Source: Convolutriloba macropyga
Lineage: Eukaryota
DNA length: 64,000 nucleotides
Assembly (NCBI RefSeq): GCF_964194025.1
Contig: NC_134479.1
Location: 42,966,001-43,030,000 of the forward strand
Direction of reading: 5' to 3'
Positions 50,501-62,269 of the stretch are shown one piece after another; position 1 is the first letter of the stretch; each line of letters begins with the position of its first letter. The notes under the pieces are model-generated. The model made no database searches. It saw only the letters and a list, made by a program, of their open reading frames with translations, and had not been told where the DNA came from. The translations under genes and the position numbers were made by a program.

Positions 50501-53500
50501 GTCCTCCCGAGTAAGAGATGGAAGCATCAACAACTCGGCAATGAGTGTCTTGTGAATCGTCTTACAATCAATTTTCTTTTAGCAAAAGACATAATTTCTG
50601 ATAAGAGCACGCAAAATTCAAGAAGTCAAGCTTGAAAAAGTCACTCGAGAGGTGAAATCGATATGCTCGAGAACGAAATGGTCAAGTATCAAAAATACAC
50701 AAATGTTTACAATAATCAATTCAAACTTCGTTCAAGAGCAATTAATAATTGCTACAGTCTTTGTTTGAGAGCAATTAACAAACATAAATTGACTAACTTT
50801 GGACAAATTGCTCTCGAACGACCGGCGAAGCAACACAATTCCGGGGTGGTAGCCAAGATAAGTCAAAAAATGTTTAAAAACAAAAGCTCAAAAAACAGTC
50901 GAGCAAAAATTTAGCTTAAAAACTTTGCTATGACGGATCTATTGTTTCGGCCCATCTTGGTGGGCATATAACATATCTTAGGTGGCCGAAACAGATAAGA
51001 TCCAAGAAGATTGCATCCTAACAATTATAATTGCTTCAAACTTCGATTGAGAGAAACCGATCAACATTACCCTAAAGCTTAAAAAGCAGCAAGAACGCAC
51101 GCCACCGAAACCACCTTTGCAGTCACAAAATAGATCTACAGAAATATTCTTCAGTACGTTAAAAAGAAGGCCAATGATAGCTCGCTCAGCCCTCAAAATC
51201 ACAGCTAACTGAAATACAAACTAATAGCGTCCGAACAATTGCTCCGAAACAAAAGAAGTGCGACTGGCTATGTTTTCGCTTCTCAATTGGGGAAGCTAGA
51301 CTCGAAAAACAAAACTAACGCGAAAAGTTGTATCAAGTACAGAGCTTAGGCAGAATAATTAGCAGCATTTTTTTCCTTTGGCCTCAAACGTAAAATCTGC
51401 CACTGTATAATTGTTGTTGATAATTCACAGCGAGTTGTATGAACGAGATCCAATCGTCACTCCAGAAAAGTCCACTTTTCTCTGTACTTGATGCAGTCGC
51501 AGAAGCTGCGCAGCGCAAAGTGCAGCTGTGGCTTTCCATACCCCTTTCGTCAAAAAACTTGTCAGAACATCGTCAAAATTGTACGATTTTTCAGTACTTT
51601 CGTTTCCAATATGTCGACGTAATAATGCAATTTATTAGAACTAACTGTGCATGTACGGAATACAAATTCAACTCTCGCCTTCAAGTTAAATACATCAGAC
51701 TCTCGTTTTCATCTCCACACTTCAGGCAGATCAATGGAGTAGTTTTCTCAGCAGTACGATAGCATTCAATAGCATGAGCGTCAGTGGCAGCAGGTTAGGC
51801 TTCTTCAGTTGCGCGGCATAGTCGGAGTTCTTCTCTCATGCTTCCCACTTTAGCGATTTCTTTTGAAACAGTTCCAAGTTATTGATGTCACTTTGTCATT
51901 GACACACATATACCCTATAGAAGCACTAGAAGAATTAGAGATAAAAACAGTCCTAGCTTTACTTCTAGAGTAACTGAAAGAACCACATTCCGTCGAAGAA
52001 GATACAGAACTCTATTTGCCAATCCTAATCTTTGATTTACGTGAATTTTCCAATTTACGTCCTGATTGGCCAGGACTCCTGATCCGAAATTCAAGTCTGG
52101 GACGTCCGTACTAAGATCAAGAATCTTGTCTTTTAATAGCAACTCCTCTTTCCTGCCTATGAATGCTACCTTAACGCATTTTCTACAGCCAGGTCAATTT
52201 TGTTCTTCTTGACCCACTTTTCTATCAACTGCAGGACAGCTTGGATCTCTTTTGCACTTCTGTCGATTGCAAGGACTTTTACATCAAGCAAAATGTACAT
52301 CAAGCAAAATGAAGGGTTTCGAGAACCGTAGCACGTCTGGAAGGTCGTTGATAATTATGCAAAACAAAAGAGGACCCAGGAACAATTCTTGAGATACACC
52401 GCTTCTGATTTCTCATTCCACTGATCTGACATTATCCACTCTCACAAACTGCATCCGAATTGACAAATGATCAACTGGCACCTCTATAAGGCATCCGCCA
52501 ACACCAAATTGATTCCCTTTCTTCAGGAGCTCCAAGTGAGGCAACCGATCGAATGCATTGGAGAAATTCGAAAAAAAGGCCACGATCTCGTCTACTGTTT
52601 TTGTCTAATGCCTCATATATCTTCTTTAGAAATCTCAACATGTTTGTGCTTACTGAGCGTTTTCGTACAACACCGCGCTGATTTGCAGCAAGATGCTGGG
52701 AAAATTATTATACAATGGCTCGCAAAGACACTTGCTGACACTCCACGACCTTGCTGTCTATATTCAACCCGTTTCTATATATTCTACCGGTTTCCTATCT
52801 CCTTTCTTGTAGACCTGCGTTACAGCGGCTATCTTCCAGCTGCTCGGAATTTCCCCCAGTCTCTTAATGTTCCTCATCAGTTTATGTAGAGCTTCACTGG
52901 TTTGCCAAGCTGTTCGCCAATAAAAGGTATTTAAGGCCAATAAAAAAACAGGCAATGATTCTGCTAATTGGTAACGCCAATTATAGAAAAAGACTACATA
53001 AACGGTTTAAAACGCTTTCGAGACCAAATTTGTTTTTCGATAGTATTTGAGTTTGCTGCAGACTTCTTATCTGCCAACTTCATTTTCAAATATCTTTGCG
53101 CCCGCATTAGAGAACAATAGTAAGCTACAGAAGTCGCAAAAATTGTAAAACGTGGTAGAAACGGTTAAAATTGGTTGATAGGAATAATTGGTTCGCGCAG
53201 TCTGGAATAGGTGAGGCATGTGGTTATTCACAAAAATACACTTCCCCGCTCCCTTGAGTAATTCTGCTCCATTAGTGCACACACATCAAGCTCCTGCAGG
53301 TCACACAACCAAGCTTGTCATAAAATCAATTGAAAAAGATTTATGAATTCCTACCAGTCCTATCAAAACTGCGTAAGAAATAATAATTGTTAATCTTCGT
53401 CAAGAAGCATTCCTATAATTCAATGAAGAACAACTAGCCTGTTTAGCTGCTGAAGACTGTTCTGAGCACCATTTACTCAAGCAGCCACCGCAGAATGAAT

Positions 53501-54210
53501 GGAAACATGGAGCTACAGTAACTGGCTGATGACAGACGCTTTTGCAAACTGCACATTCCATTGACTCCTTCATGGCCGAATTCAAAGTTAGCTGCGCTTG
53601 TGATTCATCTGATTCTGCAACAAAACAGAACAATCATTGATGACACATTAACATCGCGAGCTGAACTACTCGAAAAAAGAGCATTTTGTTTCCATGGTAG
53701 AGAAATTTACAAACCATCCCTCTTTACTCATGTCACAAGGGAAAAATTCTCTGACTTTTTTAAACGCAATATCTCATATGTCAGAAGCAAGATCTTTTCC
53801 TTCGTCGGTTACATAATTTCTCTTTCCAATCATGCAAGCAATTTAATGGGCATATGTTTATGTATAATGGTTCCAACCGTCCTTTAAGTTCTGACGAAAA
53901 AAATCGTCACGACAGAAACCTACTTTCAAGGTTCTAACATCATTTAACTTTTTTTTCGGTTGTGCCTGCGTCCGCCTCCGCGCGCCTGTACGTGTTATGG
54001 GGTCTAACCGTAGAACATTTGTGAACAAAATCTTACAAAATTGTATTGTACGCTCAAACCTGCGGGCACTTCTCCGGTTCCATTTATATCACTATCCCGA
54101 TTCTCCGTAGATTCCCCTCCTTTCGCGACTGTCTTTGTTCCGAACAGACCACCGCAGCATCCAGAAGCCTGGTCTCCTTGGTCATTTCTGTTTGATTTCG
54201 AATTTGACAT
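47528..54210 (-). CDS. CHFR-like C3HC4 RING-finger E3 ligase, ~335 aa, no FHA domain. Exons 54210-54060, 53614-53439, 49041-48830, 48053-47642, and tentatively 47584-47528
   Basis: ESMECAVCKSVCHQPVTVAPCFHSFCGGCLSKW..Q|CPTCREKMMTISRNSHLEHIITEFLRCHPSETRGAEELHELETRN closely follows the recalled CHFR RING and post-RING helix. The model totals 1008 nt in frame and needs a GC donor at 53438. The last exon is uncertain (alternative stop at 47612). Confidence 0.82.
48081..48491 (-). mobile_element. Complete, young-looking HINE/DINE-1-like element in intron 3 of the RING gene
   Basis: Minus strand: TT-aattgctctcaaacga (subTIR) plus partial IR tgtagcaatt ... C-rich core ... tcgtttgagagcaatt (subTIR), hairpin ccgac-gtta-gtcgg, ttatg-TT; no TSD. 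Confidence 0.88.
49203..49660 (-). mobile_element. HINE-like element with G-rich core
   Basis: aacataaccgactaacgtcgggcgaactgctctcaaac, G-rich 49290-49460, family block cctgtttatcctgtttttgag. Confidence 0.75.
51750..52960 (-). pseudogene. Decayed non-LTR retrotransposon (CR1/L2-like) ORF2 reverse transcriptase in RING-gene intron 2
   Basis: GEIPSSWKIAAVTQVYKKGDRK, SGVSQELFLGPLLFCIIINDLPDVL and WKIHVNQRLGLANRVLYLLRRN; frameshifts, and a 16-bp duplication at the catalytic (F/Y)ADD position. Confidence 0.85.
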
Positions 54211-55039
54211 TTTCTGGGTGAAGATTTTCTCGTCTTTGATCTAGCTTAGTTGGATAGAACAATGGGCGATATTTTACTTTCTTAGGCGCAACATAAACCT
54301 ATAATACACAAATGAGTTTTGTTTTACAATTGCGTTTAATTTGCGCTTCGAGCTCAACCAATTAAACGCTAATTACTAGCCTCATTATTAAAGAGAGCAA
54401 ATTAGCACTTTAATAGTTACCAGGTGTTTATGGTAGCACTGAATTCTACAAAAATGATTCGAGTTCAGCTCCAGATGCCCATAAATAGAAAACAACTTAC
54501 ACTAATGAAACTGCTCCAACCATTTTGCAGCAGACAACTTAAGAAAAGTAACTCAAGTATTAATTAAACATAGCCGGCAGATTGCCGGAATAGCTGCGAA
54601 AGAATAGACCTGCGTGACATATAATAGAGATAGAAACAGATACAGATCTAAATTGAAAAAAAATCGACGCCGCTCAAAAAACTAGGCAAAAAAAACATTC
54701 AGCGATAAATTAATAAAGCTTGTTAAAATTCAACTCGCAGAAGCCTCTAATTAGGGACCTTTACCGCACATATGAAGTCCTTTGACCTTAAACAAATTCA
54801 AATTAAACTTAAGTTTTAAAGTGCAAAAGTCATTTTATTGAGTGAGGTAAGTCACGTATGAGCAAAATCTAATCACGCAAATAACCTTAAAACTTTCGCA
54901 AAAGCGAGTGAGAAATGACGTCACGCGCGCAAATGCCGTTGTTAGTGAGAGGAAGAAGTCATTCAGAAGATTTGACTTTTTCAGCTTTGCGGTGTGAACA
55001 AATGTAAAACGAAAAATGAGCGTCAGACGACGAAACAAA

Positions 55040-58000
55040 AAAACATAGCAGGACAAGTCCTGAAATACAATCCAAGGAATTGAATGAAAAACAGACCTTA
55101 TGTACCTGACCAGCAGATCAATTGAACAATCCCAGCCAAAAAGACAAAATCTGAAAAGTTGAGAAACAAAAAGAATCAAGCAAACAAAATAAAATATTGC
55201 TAAAACACTTGAAGCTTTTAACCTGAAGCCAATAGCCTTGAAAGGGACACATGCTTCAAAAAATTGAGAAGTGAAATTTTTGGTCTCTGGAGTTCTGTCA
55301 TGTAACTTGTCTACAACACTTAAAAGTATCGTTGACCAGTAAAGATCGTTAATTTCAGAAAATGACAAAAAAAATCAAAAAGTTTGAAGACAAAAAATTT
55401 TTAATTGCAAGCTTTATTTAAAAAATTGCTTAAATTTGCAATATTAAAAAATTGAAAAGTATTTTTTGCCAATAAAGACTATGCAAAAACATACTAGCAA
55501 ACCCTATAGGAGTTTCCCTGGTAACTGACGAAAAATACTAAAATTTCGGAAACTTAAAGAAAAAATTGCAGCTTGAAAATCGCTAAAAAGTTTTAATAAA
55601 AAAATCTTGAAACGCTTTCTCCATTGCCACTAGAAACCATGCAGTAGCCTGTTATCAAAACCTAGAGGAGATTCCTTGACCTTTCATTTTAGAGAAGTCT
55701 AATACATGACAAAAATTTTAAAAAAATTGGAAGTGTTATAAAAAAATTGTTGGAAAAAATTGTGATATTAAAATGCTGAAACCATTTCGTGGGCAATAAT
55801 AAAATTTCAGCAAACTATTTGCAAACCCTAGATGAGGTTTCTTGCCCCCTGGGGCTAGAAAACTCGAATAATGACAATAAAGGGTCAGAAAATTTGAAAA
55901 AAATGCAATTTTCATCAAAACAATTGGTAGAATTCGTACAGTTAAAAAGTTGAAAACCATTCCATTACCACTAGTAATCTATTATCACGTAGTATAACAC
56001 GTAGTATAAATTTGGGTGTTTTTGTTTGGAGTAGCAAAACATATACCTCTTGAAATGGCCATAAAAAATGATTACGTCTTGAAAAAGACCTCTATCAGCT
56101 TTTACAAACCTCAATTTCAGACTGCTCCAACAAAAAATTCGAAAAATTAAAAAAAAAATGCGAAAAATTGCAACATTTTGGGCTCAAAAACTCCTAAAAT
56201 AACCTTTTAACCTTGAATTACGGCAGTCCCAGTAGCTTCACCATTCCAAGTAATTGAAGGACTACTAAACGCGGTTAAGGGCCTCTAATGAAACTTGATG
56301 CCCGCTGAGCTTTACCTGTTTATCCCGTTTTGAAGGCTCAAAGTCATGAAAAAAGGTGTGAAAACATCTTACAAAAATAAAAAAACATAGCAGGACAAGT
56401 CCTGAAATACAATTCAAAGAATTGAAAGAAAAACTCAGACGTACTCTACGTTACCAGCAGATCAATTGAACAATGCAAGCCGGAACACAAAAATCATCAA
56501 AGAATTGAGAAGCGAAAAGAATCAAAACTAAACAAAAACAATCATTGCTAAAACTCTCGAAGCTTTTAAACCTAAGGCAAAATTTTTTCCCTTTAAAAAC
56601 ACCTATTACAAAAATATGTTCAAAACCAATTTTTTTTTCTGAAATCGGTCCAGTATTATATCTGCAAGACCTGAAAAATATTCATTGGCCCTTGAAGATC
56701 GATTAACTCGAAAATGACCAAACAATTTTTAAAAAAGAAATCAATTGCAAATTATAAGGAAATGTTGCAAAAAATCGTGATATAAATATCTTCAGAATCA
56801 TTTCTGTGTCTCTAGATGCTATCCAGTAACCCAATTGCAAGCCTTAAAAAACTCATTGGCTCATAGATCAATAGGCAATAATTTCTAGAAAAAAACTTCA
56901 AATTGCAAAAAATAGAAAATCGTTCTACTAAAAAGTTGAAAGCTATTCAGTTGCCCCCTAGCAAATTTTAATAGCATACTGTTAAACCCTGAATGCGGTT
57001 ACCTGGCTACTGAGGCAAGAAAAAATCAATAAAAAACAAAGTTTAAAAAAATTGCAAATTCTATCAAAAAATTTCTAAAAGTCGAAAGGTTAAATTGTTG
57101 AAAACAAATCCATTGAAACTAAAAACCATGCAGTAACTTTTCATCAGAACTTGGAATAGGTTTTTTGCACTTGAGAATGGACGAATATCAAAAACTGAGA
57201 GAAACTTTAGGAAACATTAAAAAAATTGAAGATCTTATCAAAAAAAAAGCTAAAATTCGAGACATTAAAAAGATAAAAAGCATTCCATTGTTACTAGAAA
57301 CTATTCAGTGCCTTATTAACAAACCTCAAAGAAGATTGCTTGGTCCCTGAAACTGGAAAAACTGAAAAAAATATGAAAACTTTCAAAAAAACTGAAAAAA
57401 AATGCAAATTTGTTCAAAAAAATTGATAAAATTTGTGATATTCAAAAGTTGAAACCTATCCCATGGCAACTAAAAATTTTTCAATAACATATTATCCAAC
57501 CCCTAATGAGGTTTTCTTTCCCCTGGGACACAAACAACTTGAATGATGACAATAAATATGTAAAAAAACATGAAAAATTTGCAACTTTTTCAAAAAAATG
57601 CTAAAATTCATTATGTCAAAAAGTTGAAAACCGTTACCACTAGAAACTGTGCGGTAAACTATCATCAAACCCTTTATCAAACCCTGGATGAGTTTTCATG
57701 ACACAAAGCGCTAAAAAACTCAAAAAATGACAAAAATTTTCAAAAAAACTGAAAAAAATTGCAAAAATTAGTATTATTTTGTGTGTTTGTGTTTCTGGTA
57801 CCACGACATATAGCTCATAAAATGGTCATAACAAGCAATTTTGTCTCGCAAAAGGCCTTCATCAGCTTTTAATAACTTCAACTTAAGACTAATCAAACAA
57901 AAAATCTCAAAAAAATTACAAAAAACATGAAAATTTGCACCATTTTGAGCCGAAAAACTAAAAATGACCTTTTGACCTTAAATTAAGGCCATCCCAGCAG

Positions 58001-58137
58001 CTGCACCACTATACGCACTTGAAGGACTACTAAAGCCCACTTTGGGCCTCTAATGAAACTTAATGCCCGCTGGGCTTTACCTGTTTATCCCGTTTTGAAA
58101 GATCAAAGTCATTGAAAAAATGTGTGAACACATCTTA
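55040..58137 (-). mobile_element. Two tandem long HINE-like elements (~55040-56372 and ~56383-58137) with internal ~170-bp satellite
   Basis: Each starts aacatagcaggacaagtcctgaaatacaat and ends ...cctgtttatcccgttttgaa...aacatctta. Confidence 0.75.
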
Positions 58138-58153
58138 AAAAAAAAAAAAAAAA

Positions 58154-58288
58154 CACAGCGCACCAATACAATTCAAATTCTTTGAATTGTAAAAAAGACA
58201 GAGCACCAATACAATCCAATTCTTGGATTGTAAAAAAACCAAGAGCACCGCAATATAGCTACGCTCAGCTTACAGCTTCGCAGCTATA
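58154..58288 (-). mobile_element. Stack of three 36-50-bp hairpin micro-elements separated by A-runs
   Basis: cacagcgcaccaa-tacaattcaaa..tttgaattgta; gacagagcaccaa-tacaatccaa..ttggattgta; ccaagagcaccgcaa-tatagct..agctata. Related units at 13123-13216, 20583-20690 and 33593-33677. Confidence 0.7.
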
Positions 58289-59049
58289 AAAAAAACTTTT
58301 TTTCCAGTTGGAACTATTGCAATTTCGATCAAATACTTAGTCAATTTTTTAAACTTCATTTTGTGCAAATAATTTTATCATCGGCATTATTAAGACGCCA
58401 TGCAGCAATGAATTGGAACTGAGAGCTCCACAATATACCATCCTTGGGGACTAAAATGACTACTTATTGAATATATTAAGGGTACTTTAAATTTTTATAA
58501 ACTTTTTATAAACTTTGTTCAAGACTTTTTACTTTGTTCAAAAACATTCATTCTTAGTTGTGTTCATCTTGTTCGTTGATGACACAAGTGCTGCTGTGAT
58601 TCACCACTGCAATTGAAACTGCATATGAAAATCCGATGTCCTGAAGAAAATGTTGGGATCATGTTTGCTGTCAAGGTCATTCAAATTTTGAAAACTGATT
58701 GGTTTTAAATCCAATGTAGTGACTTCAACGAAACAGTTTAATAAAACTTATATTATTAGTCCGATTTGTAAATTTAACAATTCTGGTGCTGTGCTATAAA
58801 AGAATCACTTATGCAAGCGGTCAGCATTAATTTTATAATTACATTTTCATCGACAAATTTACCCAACTGATTTCTCTTTCGATTTTCGAAGAGTAGCTTC
58901 AACATGCAACAGGAAAAAAACTTGTACAATTTGAAATAAAAATTTCAAAACTAAATTGAAAATACAATTTTTGACGGCTAAAATTAAAGCCTCCAGTTTC
59001 CAAAACTCATTTTTTTAAAGAAAACCTTATCAAGTCATTACTGCTTACG

Positions 59050-62000
59050 TTAGTTGTCACCGTTGTCTCGAGTGTGCGTGGATTGATCTTCGATTTCGGG
59101 GTGTTCGGTGTCGAATCTCACCACCATGTGCACAACGACAACGATGTGACCGGTGTCGTTCAAACTCATCTGGGTATGCATGATGGATGTGCCGACAGTT
59201 GGGGTGAAGACGAGGTCAAAAAGAGATATGTAGTGTCTCATTAGAACAGAATCCTTCAATATTCAAAGTATATCTACATAAGATTGCTCCAAATGATTAT
59301 CGAATATCAATTTAAGTTGACGGGAAAAATGTTGCATGTTCTAACGTGGAGCCTTCTTTCACCTCTTTTCTTTCATCCCCTATAATTCAACCCCGATTTT
59401 CTAGGCCCTATTAAACCCTCAAAAATTAACTACATGATTTCACCCCGGTCTTCGGATTCCGATAATTGCGGATAATTAGGTCTAAATCAATTTTAATTAT
59501 TCGTAATGGAGATTAAAATTGGGGTGAAATAACTGAGGGGCCAATAAAACGTTTTCAAACCTCAGTCATTTCACCCCAATCTTAACCTGTTAATTGATTA
59601 CGTACAACTATGCCGACGTAATACTATGCCGATTATAAGAGTGCCGAAAATTTATTCAATTTTTCACCCGATAAATTTCGAAACTGCTATTACCAATTAA
59701 TTATCAATTAAATGCTAACCGACTGTTGTTTTCAAAGCAACCAGGGCACGCTGGTCAGTATTCGGTTGTGATAGATTCATATCAAGTCCCACGGGCCGCT
59801 GAGGCATGACCATGGCCCGCAATTATCATTGTTTGTTTTAAATATTTCTCCCTCCAATTATCTTGTCCTGATAAATAATAAAATCCAAAATCTCACAACT
59901 TCATTGTGATTGGTTCAGAAATTTTGTGCTCATTTCAGTTAAGTGATTTGATTGGTTTAGAAATTTATCGGGAGAAAAAATGAATAAATTTTCGGCACTC
60001 TTATAATCGGCATAGTATTACGTCGGCATAGTTGAACGTCACCCTGTTAATTATTGTATCATACTTGTCACGAAAATAAAGCTAAGAACTAAATTACTAA
60101 GTAAAGTTATAACCATTAGCGAATTAGTTATCTCATCCAGTCCCTAAATGAAAATTAAAGGTCATTAAATAATGAATCGAACTCTAAAATATTTCTTGTT
60201 TTACTGCATCTCGATCCTCATGATAATAGCCAAATTTGAAATAAGCATTTTGTCCAAAAAGAAAGAAAAAGTGGTAGGAGAAGGTCATGAGTTTTACATT
60301 GAGAGTAAACAAGTATCCCTCAAAAATCTGGAATCACAGAGAAGCAGCCACAAAAGCCATTACCAGAACAAATAATGCTGTTAAGGAATTGTACTTTGGG
60401 AAAAAACCTTGCTCAGCTGATCCCACCTTGGATTTTGACTATTTTGAAAAGATGCTGCGGTACCAAAACAATTTTTTGAATCCTTTGGCAAAAAACGCAT
60501 AAAATTATATAAAAAGTATCAGAAAATAAAAAGGAGGGTTCAGAAACTAATGCAATTTTACAAGGACAAAGCTGAACATAACCGCCTAAACGTCAGAAGA
60601 TCAATAGTGGGCTTCAAATAACCACATTAGAGGTTAGCATATACCACTATTAGGATTTAAAGTAAAAAAACGGCACCAGTTTCGGCGCACTTTTCATTTG
60701 ACTTTTAGTTTTAAATTGCCGCTAATTGAACTCAGCTGCTTGAAATTATGCTTGAGAGAGAATTTTAGATCACGCGAAACGCAAAAAGTCAAGGACGTAA
60801 AAGTCACTCTAAAAGTCAAAGTTGTCAAGCGAAAATTTTGCATAAAAAACACACGTTTATAATAATTGCTATGAACTTCGTACAAGAGCAATTAATAAAC
60901 ATACTCGGCAGATTGCCGGAAAATAGCCGCCGTAGATTCCAATAAGCATGATTGGGATTGAAAGAATAGATATTGGAAAAAAGATTTTTGTACGAAAATT
61001 TTTTAAGTCCGATTTATTTTGATGGCATTTCGTAGTTGAACATACTTGTGTTTCTTAGAGAGAGGCTAAAGGGGCTACTATCAATACCAATAAGCATTAG
61101 AGATGGTAACTAAGACTTATAGGAACGACGTTCAATTAGCGGGCATCTAAAATCAGGCTTTATGGGTTTATCCCGTTTCTATTTCTGACTTCAATTTTTT
61201 ATACTGATTCTGTTCATTTTGAATTGCTTTGCTGAGCAACTGATGTTCTAATTTACTTTAAGCAGAATGAGAGAAGAGAGAAACTAGCCACGAGAAGTCA
61301 AAAAGATTTCACGCAAAATGTCGAAAAAGCGGCAAAATGGTAAAGCGAAAAAAAGTTCGACGAGGTAAAAAAATTAGGAGCGCTATAATAGCCGGCTGAG
61401 AAGATGAGGGCGGCTATTAATCATTACATTAGGGTTATGGCCAGTTTGTAATAATGCGTCGGTTTAAAATCGCTCTGAATAAATTTGAGCTGGTACCCTC
61501 CTTGCGTCCTCACAGAGTTACGTCGAATCCTCACATCGGGACCCGATAAAAAATTGATCCGTTAACTCTATGAGCGGACCACTAATTGGGAACGCAGTTT
61601 AGCAACTTGACCAGGAAATTTTGTTTCGATGCACTAAGTTATGCTTACCCTAAAAGTAGGTTTCAAATCCAATTCAGATTGTTTCATTTGGAAAACACCA
61701 GTTTGTCTGCCTTTCAGACTAAGATAGCTTTAAACTTTTTCAATTCAGATCAAATTGAAACATCAGAGGGTAGACTTACCAAGTTTTTTGTGATCAAGGC
61801 GTAAAGCTAGAAAACTCGTCATTATTGTAATTTCAAAAAAGCAAGCTGTTCAATGGGTGAATATATTAAACGGTGTTAACATACAGGGGTTAAATCATTT
61901 GGGGTAAAAAGAAGAAAAAAAAAATTTATACGTAATGCATTTTGATACGTGATACGTTTTCTGGATTAAAAAGGTAAAATGGTCAAAATGATTGACAGCT

Positions 62001-62269
62001 TTTCTGAATTTTATAACGAGATCTTAAGGCAACCAGATTGTAGGGATTTATGGCAACCAGATTTCTCTCTTCAGTTTTCACGCATGGGTCATAAATTCTC
62101 TCACTTGATTATTCAGTTGTGTTGAAAACTTGAAAAATAACATGCCTTGGATCTTCTTGTTCATTTGCTAGATCCACCATCACAGACCTCACAGTTGGCA
62201 AAGCCTCCTCATCAAAATCAGGAGCCCAATCGTTGTGAAATTCTGGAATCTCGTGCTGTACACGTGGAT
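59050..62269 (-). CDS. 3' exons of an unidentified gene entering from beyond the window; candidate exons 62269-~62142 and ~59253-59050
   Basis: GC-richer open blocks. Strong acceptor ttttctttcag before (x)PRVQHEIPEFHNDWAPDFDEEALPTVRSVMVDLANEQEDPR; second block DSVLMRHYISLFDLVF...GDN* followed by a GTAAGC donor. Junction and frame are not resolved and no family was recognised. Confidence 0.5.
59596..60043. mobile_element. Non-autonomous MULE-type element with ~80-bp TIRs and a 9-bp TSD
   Basis: TSD ctgttaatt at 59587-59595 and 60044-60052; TIR caactatgccgacgtaatactatgccgattataagagtgccgaaaatttattca with a near-perfect reverse complement at the right end. Confidence 0.92.
60287..60502 (+). pseudogene. 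MULE transposase C-terminal fragment
   Basis: YPSKIWNHREAATKAITRTNNAVKELY..ADPTL resembles the FP..WN.......RTNN.VE.(W/H)....HP motif of animal MULE transposases; the expected catalytic Glu position looks altered. Confidence 0.6.

Noticed and set aside
54835-55368. 177-aa hydrophobic ORF
   Set aside because: Reads through HINE repeat sequence on the T-rich strand; composition artefact.
58154-58288. Micro-element stack as a CRISPR array or integron
   Set aside because: Eukaryotic context, units differ from one another, no spacers, and no integrase or cas gene.
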